Shown here: positions 18,974 to 27,158 of the stretch, piece by piece
How the letters are laid out: the number at the start of each line of letters is the position of its first letter
Numbering within the stretch: position 1 is the stretch's first letter
Assembly (NCBI GenBank): GCA_964505975.1
Contig: CAZDLW010000002.1
Span: forward strand, 2,915-66,914
Length of the DNA: 64,000 nucleotides
Origin: an uncultured Bifidobacteriaceae bacterium
Lineage (GTDB): Bacteria; Acidobacteriota; Vicinamibacteria; Vicinamibacterales; UBA2999
Reading direction: 5' to 3'
The notes under the pieces: generated by a model
What the model was told of the DNA's origin: nothing
Seen by the model: the letters and a program-made list of their open reading frames with translations, nothing else
The model's database searches: none
Program-made: the position numbers and the translations under genes

Positions 18974-20659
18974 TCACATCGTTCGAGAGAGTCGTTCGTC
19001 TCCGATGTTGTCGTACGCGGCGACGCTGGCAAGATGCGACGCGCTGATGTGCCGGTCGAGGACCCGTGCGCGACGGGCGGTTCTCACGAGTGCGACGAGT
19101 TGTTGCCGATCCGTGGCATGGGCGCTCGCCTGACGGAGTGTCAGCCGGCGGCGTCCGACTGCCGCGGCCAGTGCCTGGTCGAGCGTGCGCATCCGTTCAG
19201 CGCCGCTGCCCTGAAGGCGAGCGATTCCGGTGAAGTCGCCTTTGCCGAGAAGTGAGCCCACTTCGACGGATCCGACGACCACATCCTGCACCGGGACCAG
19301 GCCACCACCAAGGCCTCTCAGCGCACGATAGGTGAATGCCGCTCGCAGCACCTTGCCCAGCGCGATGCGGCCTTCGGCGCCCGCGTGCGTGGTCGCGCCC
19401 GAGGCCATCATGCGCAGTGCGGCTAGGGTGGTCGGCGCGACAACGCCCACGACGACGATTCGATGACCCGCGGCGGCGCGGAGTACTTCGTGCACCACGC
19501 CGGCTGGTTGTGGCGCGACGATGAGCAGCACGTCCGGAGCCTCGGCTGCTGCCAGCCTGATTGCATCTGCAGGGTTGCTGTCCGCGTCGAGCGCTCGTTG
19601 GCTGACGAACTCGCCGGTAAGGTCATGATCGGGAATGCTGCCCGGTGCCAAGGCGATGACGTAGCCGCCGCGCCGGCGGCCTGCGAAATCCGCAACCGCC
19701 GAAGCCAGCTCCGACATGTCCGTTTCAGTGGGTGCCGACACGACAATCAGGCCCTCGCCATCGCATGTCTCGCGAACCTGCCGGGGGATATGCTTGTGAA
19801 GGTGCTGCAGGGTTCGCTGGCGGTGGAACCGAAGCACAATCCCGGGACCGCAGCGATCCCTGAATGAACGACACGTGACTTCTCCAAGTTCCTCTGTCAG
19901 CAGGACCCAGTCGCCGTCTGTGCCGGCTCGCCAGCCGTTGCCCTCGCCGTTGGCAATCGTGGCGTTCAGTTGATCCAGCGTCGCAGCGTCGAGCGGCTCT
20001 GTGTCTAGCGGCTCTATCCGCTCGTTGATGCGCGCGGCCGCGGGACGTCCCGCCCGCAGGTATGCGGCCGTGGCTCCCCTGGCCATCGCACGGGCGATGA
20101 GTTCGGTCAGTTCCACTGGAGCTCCTTTGCCGCTCGAGGCGTCCACATGCTCGACACGGGTCGGCGACGTTCCTTGGGCGGCTGTAACCGAGCGTGTCGG
20201 TCCCGCGCTGTCATACAAGGATGACTGCGGCCCTGTCTCGAACGGAGCGACAGCGCTCTGGGGCATCAGACTCGCGCTGTGAGCTGGATCACCGGACTGT
20301 TCGTTCTGGGTTGTCGGGGGCGGAATGAGAACGGGGGCATCCGTGGTTTCCCGGACGTCGCGTCGCAGCTCGATGTAGAGCGCGTCGCTCTGCCGTGCGG
20401 CCATCGCGGTCAGTGCCCCCGTCGTTCCGGCGCCGGGCACGCTCTCCACGACGGTCCCGCCTTCCTGCAGCGTGTGCCGGCCGGCCTCTGACAGGACCTC
20501 CTGCGCGAGGGCGTCCAGTGCCGCACGCGTCAGCGTAGCCCTGGCTACGTCTTGTCTCTGGGATCCGACGAGCACGTGAGGTCTTTCGCCTTCCCGAAGC
20601 ACGAGGCGGTCACCGCCAACGCGCTCGAGCGCTGCCCAGAGGGAGGGAAGCACACTCAT
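18974..20659 (-). CDS. PilT/PilU-family protein with duplicated N-terminal domain and degenerate ATPase motifs (pseudo-ATPase)
   Basis: The core is collinear with PilT, but the P-loop position reads 'SAPTETDMS' and the Walker B region reads 'APDVLLIVAPQP'. The His-box region reads 'GHRIVVVGVVAPT'. The C-terminus 'RMRTLDQALAAAVGRRRLTLRQA' is PilT-like. Two PilT-N-like segments lie at aa ~1-100 and ~185-280. Confidence 0.7.
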   Translation of the reverse strand: MSVLPSLWAALERVGGDRLVLREGERPHVLVGSQRQDVARATLTRAALDALAQEVLSEAGRHTLQEGGTVVESVPGAGTTGALTAMAARQSDALYIELRRDVRETTDAPVLIPPPTTQNEQSGDPAHSASLMPQSAVAPFETGPQSSLYDSAGPTRSVTAAQGTSPTRVEHVDASSGKGAPVELTELIARAMARGATAAYLRAGRPAAARINERIEPLDTEPLDAATLDQLNATIANGEGNGWRAGTDGDWVLLTEELGEVTCRSFRDRCGPGIVLRFHRQRTLQHLHKHIPRQVRETCDGEGLIVVSAPTETDMSELASAVADFAGRRRGGYVIALAPGSIPDHDLTGEFVSQRALDADSNPADAIRLAAAEAPDVLLIVAPQPAGVVHEVLRAAAGHRIVVVGVVAPTTLAALRMMASGATTHAGAEGRIALGKVLRAAFTYRALRGLGGGLVPVQDVVVGSVEVGSLLGKGDFTGIARLQGSGAERMRTLDQALAAAVGRRRLTLRQASAHATDRQQLVALVRTARRARVLDRHISASHLASVAAYDNIGDERLSRTM

Positions 20660-21105
20660 CGATCACACTCCGGAAGCCTACATGGATCTTCGAACTGTAG
20701 AGCCGCCCGGAATAGAGGTCGTGGTGACACGGCATGCACAGAACAGCGAACCACCCGCGCACGGACGACGCGCCGCACTCCGTTGAAACGCAAGAAGAGG
20801 TCGACAACGCGCCCGGGGCACAGGCGTTGGGTGGTCTCTGTCAGGACGCCGGTAGCCGACAGATTGATGGTCTTGGCTTCGGCCGCTCCTGCGACAGTCA
20901 GGCGAAGATCCGCGGCGAATTCCTCCGGCGTCAGGCGCCGAGCCTGTCGGCGCTCAACCGGGTCGTCTTCGACAATCGTGGCCGGCACGACGACCGCGTC
21001 GTCACCGGGCGACACGGTTGCGGCTTGCCAGTCCGCCTCGAGGCGGGCGATGAGGTCATCGAGCCCGTCGGCCGGAGCCATCGTCATCTCGTCGGAGGAA
21101 GTCAT
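20656..21105 (-). CDS. PilZ-domain (c-di-GMP receptor-type) protein
   Basis: 'ERRQARRLT' is the RxxxR motif and 'INLSATGVL' is the (D/N)xSxxG motif, with normal PilZ spacing. Its stop overlaps the downstream PilT-like start as ATGA (20656-20659). Confidence 0.7.
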   Translation of the reverse strand: MTSSDEMTMAPADGLDDLIARLEADWQAATVSPGDDAVVVPATIVEDDPVERRQARRLTPEEFAADLRLTVAGAAEAKTINLSATGVLTETTQRLCPGRVVDLFLRFNGVRRVVRARVVRCSVHAVSPRPLFRAALQFEDPCRLPECDR

Positions 21106-21500
21106 GTCGTTGCTCCAGGTCGCCGAGGGTGCAACTGCCCTGCCGGTGGGCGGCGTCGCACCGGGTCATTCCCCCGTGCGCCCAAGCTCCGTGGAGTGCT
21201 CGGATTGGCGAGCAGATCGGGCTCGGCCTCTCATCCCCTTTGGGGAGAATTCTCGCCGCATGAGAGAGTCTGAAAAGTCCCAGGTTCTCAATCGGGAGGC
21301 AGTCGAAGATCTTCACCCGATACACCTGAAGCATCGCAACGGCGTGCAACCATGGGCAGGTTCTGTCATGGTGACCGATCCTGTGCCACGACGCATCGAA
21401 CGTGCGGTCGCGCCACGGCCATGTGCCTGCACAGGTTTGCGTCCCTGTGATAATCTCCCCCGGGCGACGTTCCCGTCTCCCCGGGGCCACGCCCCGATCC

Positions 21501-22880
21501 ATGCTGTCGAGAGTGACGCCGCTCGAAAGGGTAAGCGCCAGATTGATTGATGAGTTGCCCGGTTCATCGGCGGCCGCGCCCGGAGCGCGCGCCTCTCGGG
21601 GAACCGGGCCTGGCGATCCTTCGCAAGCGTGTGAAGCCAGCGCGTTTGCAAGGGCGGTGTGGGGGCGCTCCTGGGACTGGCTGTTCGCCCTTCGTCACCG
21701 ACTACGCGCGGAAGTGCAACTGGTCGATGACGAGCTGCGATTCCTGTTGCACGAGGCGCGGCAAGGCTCGGACCTCTCGCGGGTGTTGGTAGCGGGGGAG
21801 TCCGTGCTGCGCGCAGCTGCCTCTCTCAGCCTGCGAACTCGAACGACGCGCGTTACCACGGTCCGACAGGCACACGTGATCTGCGTTCCAATTGCGACGC
21901 GCAGCGGCGCGCGCGGGGCACTGCTCGTTGCGTGTGCTGCCAGCGACGAGGAGTTGACGGATGCCGATCGCGCGCGGTTGGAGCTCCTGGGAGGATGGTT
22001 GGCTGGCGCCGTCGAGGCACATCTCGACAGTCCCGCCTTGTCGGACATCGGCGTGTACAACGGCGTGCCGATGTGGCGACTGTTGTCCAGCGTCGCCGAA
22101 ACAGGGCATGATCGCGATCTGGTGGCGGCGTTCATCGAGGCGCTGGCGATTTGGCACGACCTCGATGTCACGTCCTACGTCGAGACGAAGCCCCAGCTGT
22201 TCATTCGAGACGTCTCGACCGGCGGTCGTCTCGCATCCGGTCGTCCGGTGTCTCTGCCGCGGGAGAGCGTCCCACGGTCGCTGGAGTTCCGCCGACTGCC
22301 CCGAGCTCACATGGACGAGCCGGACGCTCGAACCCATGAGGACGTTCTCGTCACCAGCGTGCGCGGAGCCGGGTCTCGGGCCTGGCTGCTCGTGTTGCCG
22401 GACTGTCTCGAGGTGCAGTGCGATGTTCGAGTGCTTGCGCTCTATGCCGCGATGCTCGACTTCGCCATCGCATTTGTCAGCGAGGCAGCCGTGCGGCGTG
22501 TGCAGGCCGACCTCTCGGAGTGCCTCGCAGCCGGGCTTCATTCGGACACAACCGCAAAGGTGGCAGTCGAGCGGGTGTGTCGCGCGGTGGGTGGTGCTGC
22601 CGGCCGCCTGGTCATCGAATCGCCATCGGGCGCAGTGCTGGTGGACGTCCAGGCGTTCGGCGATTCGAGGAGCGCGAAGGATCTGGACGGCGCGGGTCGG
22701 ACGCTGAGCGTCAGACGGAGCGGTCGTGGACGCGGTGGATTCACACTGGATCTGTGGCAACCGGGCCAACGGACGTTCACTCCACAGGACCGGCTTCTCG
22801 TCGAAGCGGTCGCCGCGCTGTTTCAGACAGGGGTAGCCGCTCATCCGATATTCCACACTCTCGCGAACCAGCCACGTTGA
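21501..22880 (+). CDS. Hypothetical protein built of three GAF-like modules with no output domain
   Basis: GAF-like C-terminal strands and helices recur three times: 'ICVPIATRSGARGALLVACAASDEELTDADRARLELLGGWLAGAVE', 'AWLLVLPDC...LALYAAMLDFAIAF' and 'GGFTLDLWQPGQRTFTPQDRLLVEAVAALF'. Start set at the ATG at 21501 and is uncertain. Confidence 0.5.
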   Translation: MLSRVTPLERVSARLIDELPGSSAAAPGARASRGTGPGDPSQACEASAFARAVWGRSWDWLFALRHRLRAEVQLVDDELRFLLHEARQGSDLSRVLVAGESVLRAAASLSLRTRTTRVTTVRQAHVICVPIATRSGARGALLVACAASDEELTDADRARLELLGGWLAGAVEAHLDSPALSDIGVYNGVPMWRLLSSVAETGHDRDLVAAFIEALAIWHDLDVTSYVETKPQLFIRDVSTGGRLASGRPVSLPRESVPRSLEFRRLPRAHMDEPDARTHEDVLVTSVRGAGSRAWLLVLPDCLEVQCDVRVLALYAAMLDFAIAFVSEAAVRRVQADLSECLAAGLHSDTTAKVAVERVCRAVGGAAGRLVIESPSGAVLVDVQAFGDSRSAKDLDGAGRTLSVRRSGRGRGGFTLDLWQPGQRTFTPQDRLLVEAVAALFQTGVAAHPIFHTLANQPR

Positions 22881-23123
22881 CATCCGCGTCGAGCCCCCGG
22901 CTGGTTGCCAGTCCAGGGTGGCTGTTTCGAAGACCCTGAAGTGTACGTTTGATTTGTCGCGGAAATTGCGGAGAAAGTCTGAATCGCCCGGCGCCTTTAC
23001 CCACCAACGACCAGACTTTTGCGAGTATCCTAAATCTTCAATGACGTCGATCCAGACTGCAATGATCGCGTAACTTTCGGAAGAGTCACTAGTTGCGATG
23101 GCAGACAAACATCTGCCGAAATA

Positions 23124-23139
23124 TGGCGACTTGATTGCA
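23124..23139 (+). promoter_or_regulatory. Candidate sigma-54 (-24/-12) promoter upstream of EBP gene 23316
   Basis: TGGCGAC-TTGA-TTGCA against the consensus TGGCACG-N4-TTGCW, with correct GG-N10-GC spacing. It lies in an AT-rich intergenic region about 177 nt upstream of the ATG. Confidence 0.4.
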
Positions 23140-23315
23140 GCTCCACAAGTAGACGCCGTCAAGGGTCGACTTGGCGGGTGTTCCCCCTGGGGTACGCGGG
23201 CCACTGCTCAACCTGACGGGAGAACGTATCTCGTGCTCGAAAGTTGACAAGTTCCGTCGGCTGACGAGAGCAGGGCGAGTACCGAGAACACTCTAATTGA
23301 AACGGTTGAGAGACC

Positions 23316-24434
23316 ATGATTGAGGCAGTTGCCGAGGGCGCTCGCATCCCCCCCCCGATGTCCCCGATGCGGCCGAAAGGCCACGTCCAGCTGACGGGCC
23401 GGAGCCCCGAGATTCTCGCGCTGGACGAGGAGATCTCGCGGGTCGCCCGCTCCGACGCGAAGGTGCTGATCACGGGCGAAAGCGGCGTCGGAAAAGAGAT
23501 CGTCGCACGGAGCATTCACACGCGTGGACCTCGTGCTGCCCATGTCTTTGCGCCCGTCAACTGCGCTGGCCTGCCCGAGACACTGCTCGAGTCGGAGCTG
23601 TTCGGGCACGTGAAGGGAAGTTTCACAGGAGCCTACCGCGACAAACCCGGCAAGCTCGAGACTGCCCACATGGGCACGATCTTCCTCGACGAGGTCGGCG
23701 AGATGACGCTGCGCATGCAGGGGCTCCTGCTGCGCTTCCTCGAGACGGGCGAGCTCCAGAAAGTCGGGGCGGACGGAAGCGGGCGAATCGTCAACGTGCG
23801 AGTCGTGGCTGCGACCAATCGCGATCTCAGGGAGATGATCCGGCAGGGAAGCTTCCGGGAGGATCTGTTCTACCGCCTCAACGTGATCCACATTGTCGTG
23901 CCGCCTCTTCGCACACGGCGGCAGGACATCCCGGTGCTCATCGAACAGTTTTTGGCGCAGTTCGCGCACGCGAACCGGACTTCCATTGAAGCGGTCTCCC
24001 CGGATGCCATGAAGGCGCTGATGGAGTACTCGTGGCCCGGCAATGTCCGTGAGCTCGAGAACGTCATTGAGAGGCTGGTCGTCACCGTACAGGGTGCGCG
24101 GATCGAATACGAACATCTTTCGGCAGAGATCCGTGCGCAGGATTCAATCTCGTTCAGGCCGAAGCGTGAGCGTCGGCGGACTGTTGCGGACGACCTGTAC
24201 AAGCGGATGACCGAGCAGCACGAATCGTTCTGGGCGACTGTCTATCCGCTCTTCATGGACCGGGAGATCACGCGCGCGAACGTGCGCGAGGTCGTGCGCC
24301 GTGGTCTCGAGGAGGCGCGCGGCAACTACAAGATCGTTGCGCGGCTATTCAATATGGAAGCGCGCGATTACAAGCGCTTTCTCAACTTCCTTCGCAAACA
24401 CGACTGTCAGGTGCCGTTCAAGGAGTATCGCTAG
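23316..24434 (+). CDS. Sigma-54-dependent transcriptional activator lacking an N-terminal sensory domain (AAA+ plus variant C-terminal HTH)
   Basis: 'VLITGESGVGKEIVARSIH' is Walker A, 'GSFTGA' is the sigma-54 contact loop and 'GTIFLDEVGEM' is Walker B. 'WPGNVRELENV' is also present. Only about 25 aa precede the AAA+ core. The C-terminus is 'GNYKIVARLFNMEARDYKRFLNFLRKH'. Confidence 0.85.
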   Translation: MIEAVAEGARIPPPMSPMRPKGHVQLTGRSPEILALDEEISRVARSDAKVLITGESGVGKEIVARSIHTRGPRAAHVFAPVNCAGLPETLLESELFGHVKGSFTGAYRDKPGKLETAHMGTIFLDEVGEMTLRMQGLLLRFLETGELQKVGADGSGRIVNVRVVAATNRDLREMIRQGSFREDLFYRLNVIHIVVPPLRTRRQDIPVLIEQFLAQFAHANRTSIEAVSPDAMKALMEYSWPGNVRELENVIERLVVTVQGARIEYEHLSAEIRAQDSISFRPKRERRRTVADDLYKRMTEQHESFWATVYPLFMDREITRANVREVVRRGLEEARGNYKIVARLFNMEARDYKRFLNFLRKHDCQVPFKEYR

Positions 24435-24464
24435 CTGGCAATCTCTCCTGTCCGAACTCTGTGC

Positions 24465-24505
24465 GGGCGAGACGGTCTACAACGGCCGCTCGTCCCTTTC
24501 TTTCT
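24465..24505 (+). terminator. Rho-independent terminator after EBP gene
   Basis: GGGCGAGACGG...CCGCTCGTCCC is a stem with single-base bulges, followed directly by TTTCTTTCT. Confidence 0.55.
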
Positions 24506-24634
24506 GGGTCGATCCACGCTGATAACGCAATCGTAAGCCCGAAGACGAGAACGTCGCACGCCCTCACCTGCCGTCTCAGCGGCCTCAGCCTGTAATTGCT
24601 TTCCTGTCAGCACGATGACCGCCACTGGCGGACC

Positions 24635-24650
24635 CGGCGTCGCGGTTGCA
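24635..24650 (+). promoter_or_regulatory. Candidate sigma-54 promoter upstream of the FN3/Ig-repeat protein gene
   Basis: cGGCGTC-GCGG-TTGCA with GG-N10-GC spacing, about 58 nt upstream of the ATG at 24708. The -24 half is weak. Confidence 0.3.
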
Positions 24651-24707
24651 CCACCGTGACGCCGAACCGAAGCCCGAGTCGTCCCCACCACACTTCACGG
24701 CGAGACG

Positions 24708-27095
24708 ATGATGCAATACCGATCCAACGGCGTGCGGTCAATCGCGCGCGCGGCTGTCTGTGTGACACTGGTGCTTGCCCCCGCTCATGCGGCGCATGCT
24801 GACGCGATCGCGCTGATGTGGGACGCCAGTACCGATGTCAACGTCGCTGGATACGTCGTATATGTCGGGACCGAGTCGGGGACGTACGTGCAGAATTTCA
24901 ACGTCGCCAATGCAACCAGTTTCACGTTCCAGAACGCTGTTGCAGGACAGCAGTACTGCTTTGCCGTCTCCGCGTACGCGGACGGGCCGATCGAGGGGCC
25001 AAAATCGCCTGCGGTGTGCGGATACAGCAATGCGCCGCCCACACTCGTAAACCCGGGCAACCAGACGAGCGTTGTCGGGCAGCAGGCTGGGTTGCAGCTC
25101 GCCGGAACGGATCCGTACGGTGATCCACTCACGTACAGCGCCACTGGATTGCCACCGGGTCTCTCGGTGGTTCCCACGACCGGCTTCGTCTCGGGCACGG
25201 CCACGACCGCTGGAACGTTCAATGTGACTGCCGTCGTGTCGGATGGCGTGCTGAGTGCCGTGCAGTCGTTCGTCTGGACGATCCAGACGGGGTTGCCCGC
25301 GGCGGCGGTGCTCGTGAGCCCGTCTGGGTCCCTGTCGACGACGACGCCGGCGTTCGTGTGGCATGCCGTGGCCGGTGCGACGAGATACCGGTTGTGGGTG
25401 GACGATGCCAGCACCATCGACCCGCGCATCCAAGTCGACTACACGCCGGCACAGGCAGGATGTGCCTCTGGCTCCGGCAGTTGTCAGGTGACACCCGGCG
25501 TGGCCCTTGCTGTGGGTCCGGGCACGTGGTCGATCCGTGCGGCAAGTGGGGCCGGCGACGGCCCCTGGAGTGGCGCGCGTGATTTCGTCGTGCCCGATCG
25601 CACACCGCCCGTTGTTGCCATCACGTCACCGGTGAGTGGTGCAAGCCTCACCACCACGAACAGCAGCATCAGCCTCGCCGGCACGGCCTCGGATGACGTG
25701 CAGGTGACCCAGGTGATCTGGACGAACAGCAAAGGTGGCGGTGGAACGGCGACAGGGACCTCGAATTGGAACATCGCGTCGGTTCCGCTCCAGATTGGGA
25801 CGAACGCGATCACCATCACGGCGCGGGATGCTGGCGGCAATACGGCACTGGCCGTGCTCACTGTCCATCGCGCCGACGTCCGTATCCCGACAGTCACGAT
25901 CACGTCTCCCACGATGGCACCCGCTCACGTGACAACGGCAAGTCAGGTCGCGATCGCGGGAATGGCAAGTTCTACCGCAGGGGTGACGCACGTGACGTGG
26001 ACGAACGCTGCCGGTGGTTCCGGCACGGCCGTCGGGAACACGCAGTGGAACGTCCCCTCGGTCCCGCTGCAGGTCGGGAACAACGTCATCACCGTGATGG
26101 CACACGACGCTGCGGGTCGGACCATGCTTGCCGCGCTGACCGTGACGCGTACGGGTGCTCAGGGGAACGGCCCCCGGCCCACAGTGGTCATCACGGCGCC
26201 AACGCTGGCAGACACCTGGGAGACCCAGGCGCGCGTGATCACTGTCGCCGGAACGACCGCCGGCAACGGCGGCATCACTGAGGTCACATGGGTGACGGAC
26301 CGTGGTCACAGCGGGATGGCCATGGGCACGTCGTCGTGGAACGCAGCCGGTATCACACTCGAGCCGGGAGCGAACGTCATTACGGTGACCGCTCGGGACG
26401 CTGCTGGAATCACGGCCAGCGATACGCTGATGGTGAACTACCGCGCACAGACCGGCGCTGGCGTGTTCGGTCGATCCGCGACCCCAGCCCTGGCGGCTCC
26501 TCAGGGTGCCACTTCCACGAGTGACATACGAACGGCGGTTCCCAGGCAGATGACGCCGCCTCCCCAAGCCACGACCGCGGGGGCTCAAGGCGCGCAACCG
26601 AAAGCCGCCGACTCTACGCTCGTGAGGCAGGGTGGCGAACAGCGAAGTGCCAGCCCGACGTGGGTTGGTCCGGTCGGTGGTGGCGCCTCGATCACGACTG
26701 ACGCGCCTCCGTCGGCGCCGACGCGAACACTGAGGCCACCGGAGACCGTCCGCCAGCCGGATGGGACCAGTGAGGTTGATGCACTGCCAGAAGTCGGGAC
26801 GGACGGGACACCTGGAGACGAGCCCACGATCACTGTGGCGGCGCCAAGGGCCGGTCACGTCCATGTGACCGACGCGGCCACCGTGACATTGGCTGGCTCA
26901 GGGAGCGAGAAGATACGCGTGATCCGATGGGTGTCAGATCGGGGCGGCAGCGGCGTCGCCGCAGGAACGACTGTGTGGCAGATTCCAGACGTTCAACTCG
27001 AGGCTGGCGTCAATGTCATCGATGTGACCGCCGAAAGTGTCGATGGCCGGACGAGTCGAAGGCAGGTGCTGATCCGGTACGAGCCGAGCCAGTAA
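24708..27095 (+). CDS. Secreted multi-domain surface/adhesin-like protein (FN3, cadherin-like 'putative Ig' domain, four Ig-like repeats)
   Basis: Signal peptide 'AAVCVTLVLAPAHAAHA' and an FN3-like 'VAGYVVYVGTESGTY...YCFAVSAY'. 'GDPLTYSATGLPPGLSVVPTTGFVSGTATTAGTFNVTAVVSDG' is a He_PIG/dystroglycan-type Ig domain. Repeated 'PTVxITSP...W..P.VPLQ.G.N.ITV.A.DAAG' units follow. Confidence 0.8.
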   Translation: MMQYRSNGVRSIARAAVCVTLVLAPAHAAHADAIALMWDASTDVNVAGYVVYVGTESGTYVQNFNVANATSFTFQNAVAGQQYCFAVSAYADGPIEGPKSPAVCGYSNAPPTLVNPGNQTSVVGQQAGLQLAGTDPYGDPLTYSATGLPPGLSVVPTTGFVSGTATTAGTFNVTAVVSDGVLSAVQSFVWTIQTGLPAAAVLVSPSGSLSTTTPAFVWHAVAGATRYRLWVDDASTIDPRIQVDYTPAQAGCASGSGSCQVTPGVALAVGPGTWSIRAASGAGDGPWSGARDFVVPDRTPPVVAITSPVSGASLTTTNSSISLAGTASDDVQVTQVIWTNSKGGGGTATGTSNWNIASVPLQIGTNAITITARDAGGNTALAVLTVHRADVRIPTVTITSPTMAPAHVTTASQVAIAGMASSTAGVTHVTWTNAAGGSGTAVGNTQWNVPSVPLQVGNNVITVMAHDAAGRTMLAALTVTRTGAQGNGPRPTVVITAPTLADTWETQARVITVAGTTAGNGGITEVTWVTDRGHSGMAMGTSSWNAAGITLEPGANVITVTARDAAGITASDTLMVNYRAQTGAGVFGRSATPALAAPQGATSTSDIRTAVPRQMTPPPQATTAGAQGAQPKAADSTLVRQGGEQRSASPTWVGPVGGGASITTDAPPSAPTRTLRPPETVRQPDGTSEVDALPEVGTDGTPGDEPTITVAAPRAGHVHVTDAATVTLAGSGSEKIRVIRWVSDRGGSGVAAGTTVWQIPDVQLEAGVNVIDVTAESVDGRTSRRQVLIRYEPSQ
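25605..26441 (+). repeat. Three tandem ~88-aa Ig-like coding repeats (aa 300-388, 394-481, 491-578; period 94-97 aa)
   Basis: Hand alignment of the units starting PPVVAITSPVSG / PTVTITSPTMAP / PTVVITAPTLAD. The shared core is 'TxVxWTN..GGxGTAxGTxxWNxxxVPLQxGxNxITxxAxDAAGxT'. Confidence 0.75.
26823..27080 (+). repeat. Fourth, more divergent Ig-like repeat, separated by a 127-aa Pro/Thr/Ala/Gly-rich linker
   Basis: 'PTITVAAPRAGHVHV...IRWVSDRGGSGVAAGTTVWQIPDVQLEAGVNVIDVTAESVDGRT' aligns to repeats 1-3. The linker spans aa 579-705 (nt 26442-26822). Confidence 0.7.
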
Positions 27096-27142
27096 GGAAT
27101 GAGGTCCATGCACTGACGCGCGCATCACAGAACACAACTCAG

Positions 27143-27158
27143 CGGTACGTTTGTTGCC
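27143..27158 (+). promoter_or_regulatory. Candidate sigma-54 promoter upstream of the GAF-GGDEF gene
   Basis: cGGTACG-TTTG-TTGCc against TGGCACG-N4-TTGCW, with GG-N10-GC spacing. It lies 48 nt after the upstream stop in an AT-rich gap. A 7-bp hairpin (27168-27186) follows it. Confidence 0.4.

Noticed and set aside
21105-21500. Perfect 'TGGCAC' on the minus strand (forward GTGCCA near 21397), as a sigma-54 promoter for the PilZ operon.
   Set aside because: The -12 position reads GT rather than GC at the required spacing. The site also lies about 280 nt from the PilZ ATG. Support is not sufficient.
21702-23204. Minus-strand 500-aa ORF. Its first ~100 codons, in the low-GC gap 22885-23204, look superficially protein-like ('YAIIAVWIDVIEDLGYSQKSGRWWVKAPGDSDFLRNFRDKSNVHFRVFE').
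   Set aside because: It has no stop until 21702. A real gene would therefore be fully antisense to the 21501-22880 CDS, and that part translates as Arg/His/Gln-rich junk. A short decayed gene remnant in the gap cannot be excluded.
24435-24707. Possible c-di-GMP riboswitch (GEMM-type) in the leader of the Ig-repeat gene, given the c-di-GMP context.
   Set aside because: I could not find the conserved GEMM-I/II sequence blocks, such as the GGCAAACC and ACGCAAAGCC-type elements, or the paired hairpin architecture.
25605-27080. Periodic ~280-290-nt repeats that might be mistaken for a repeat array or CRISPR.
   Set aside because: They are in-frame, diverged protein-domain repeats inside one CDS. 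There are no short identical direct repeats with unique spacers.
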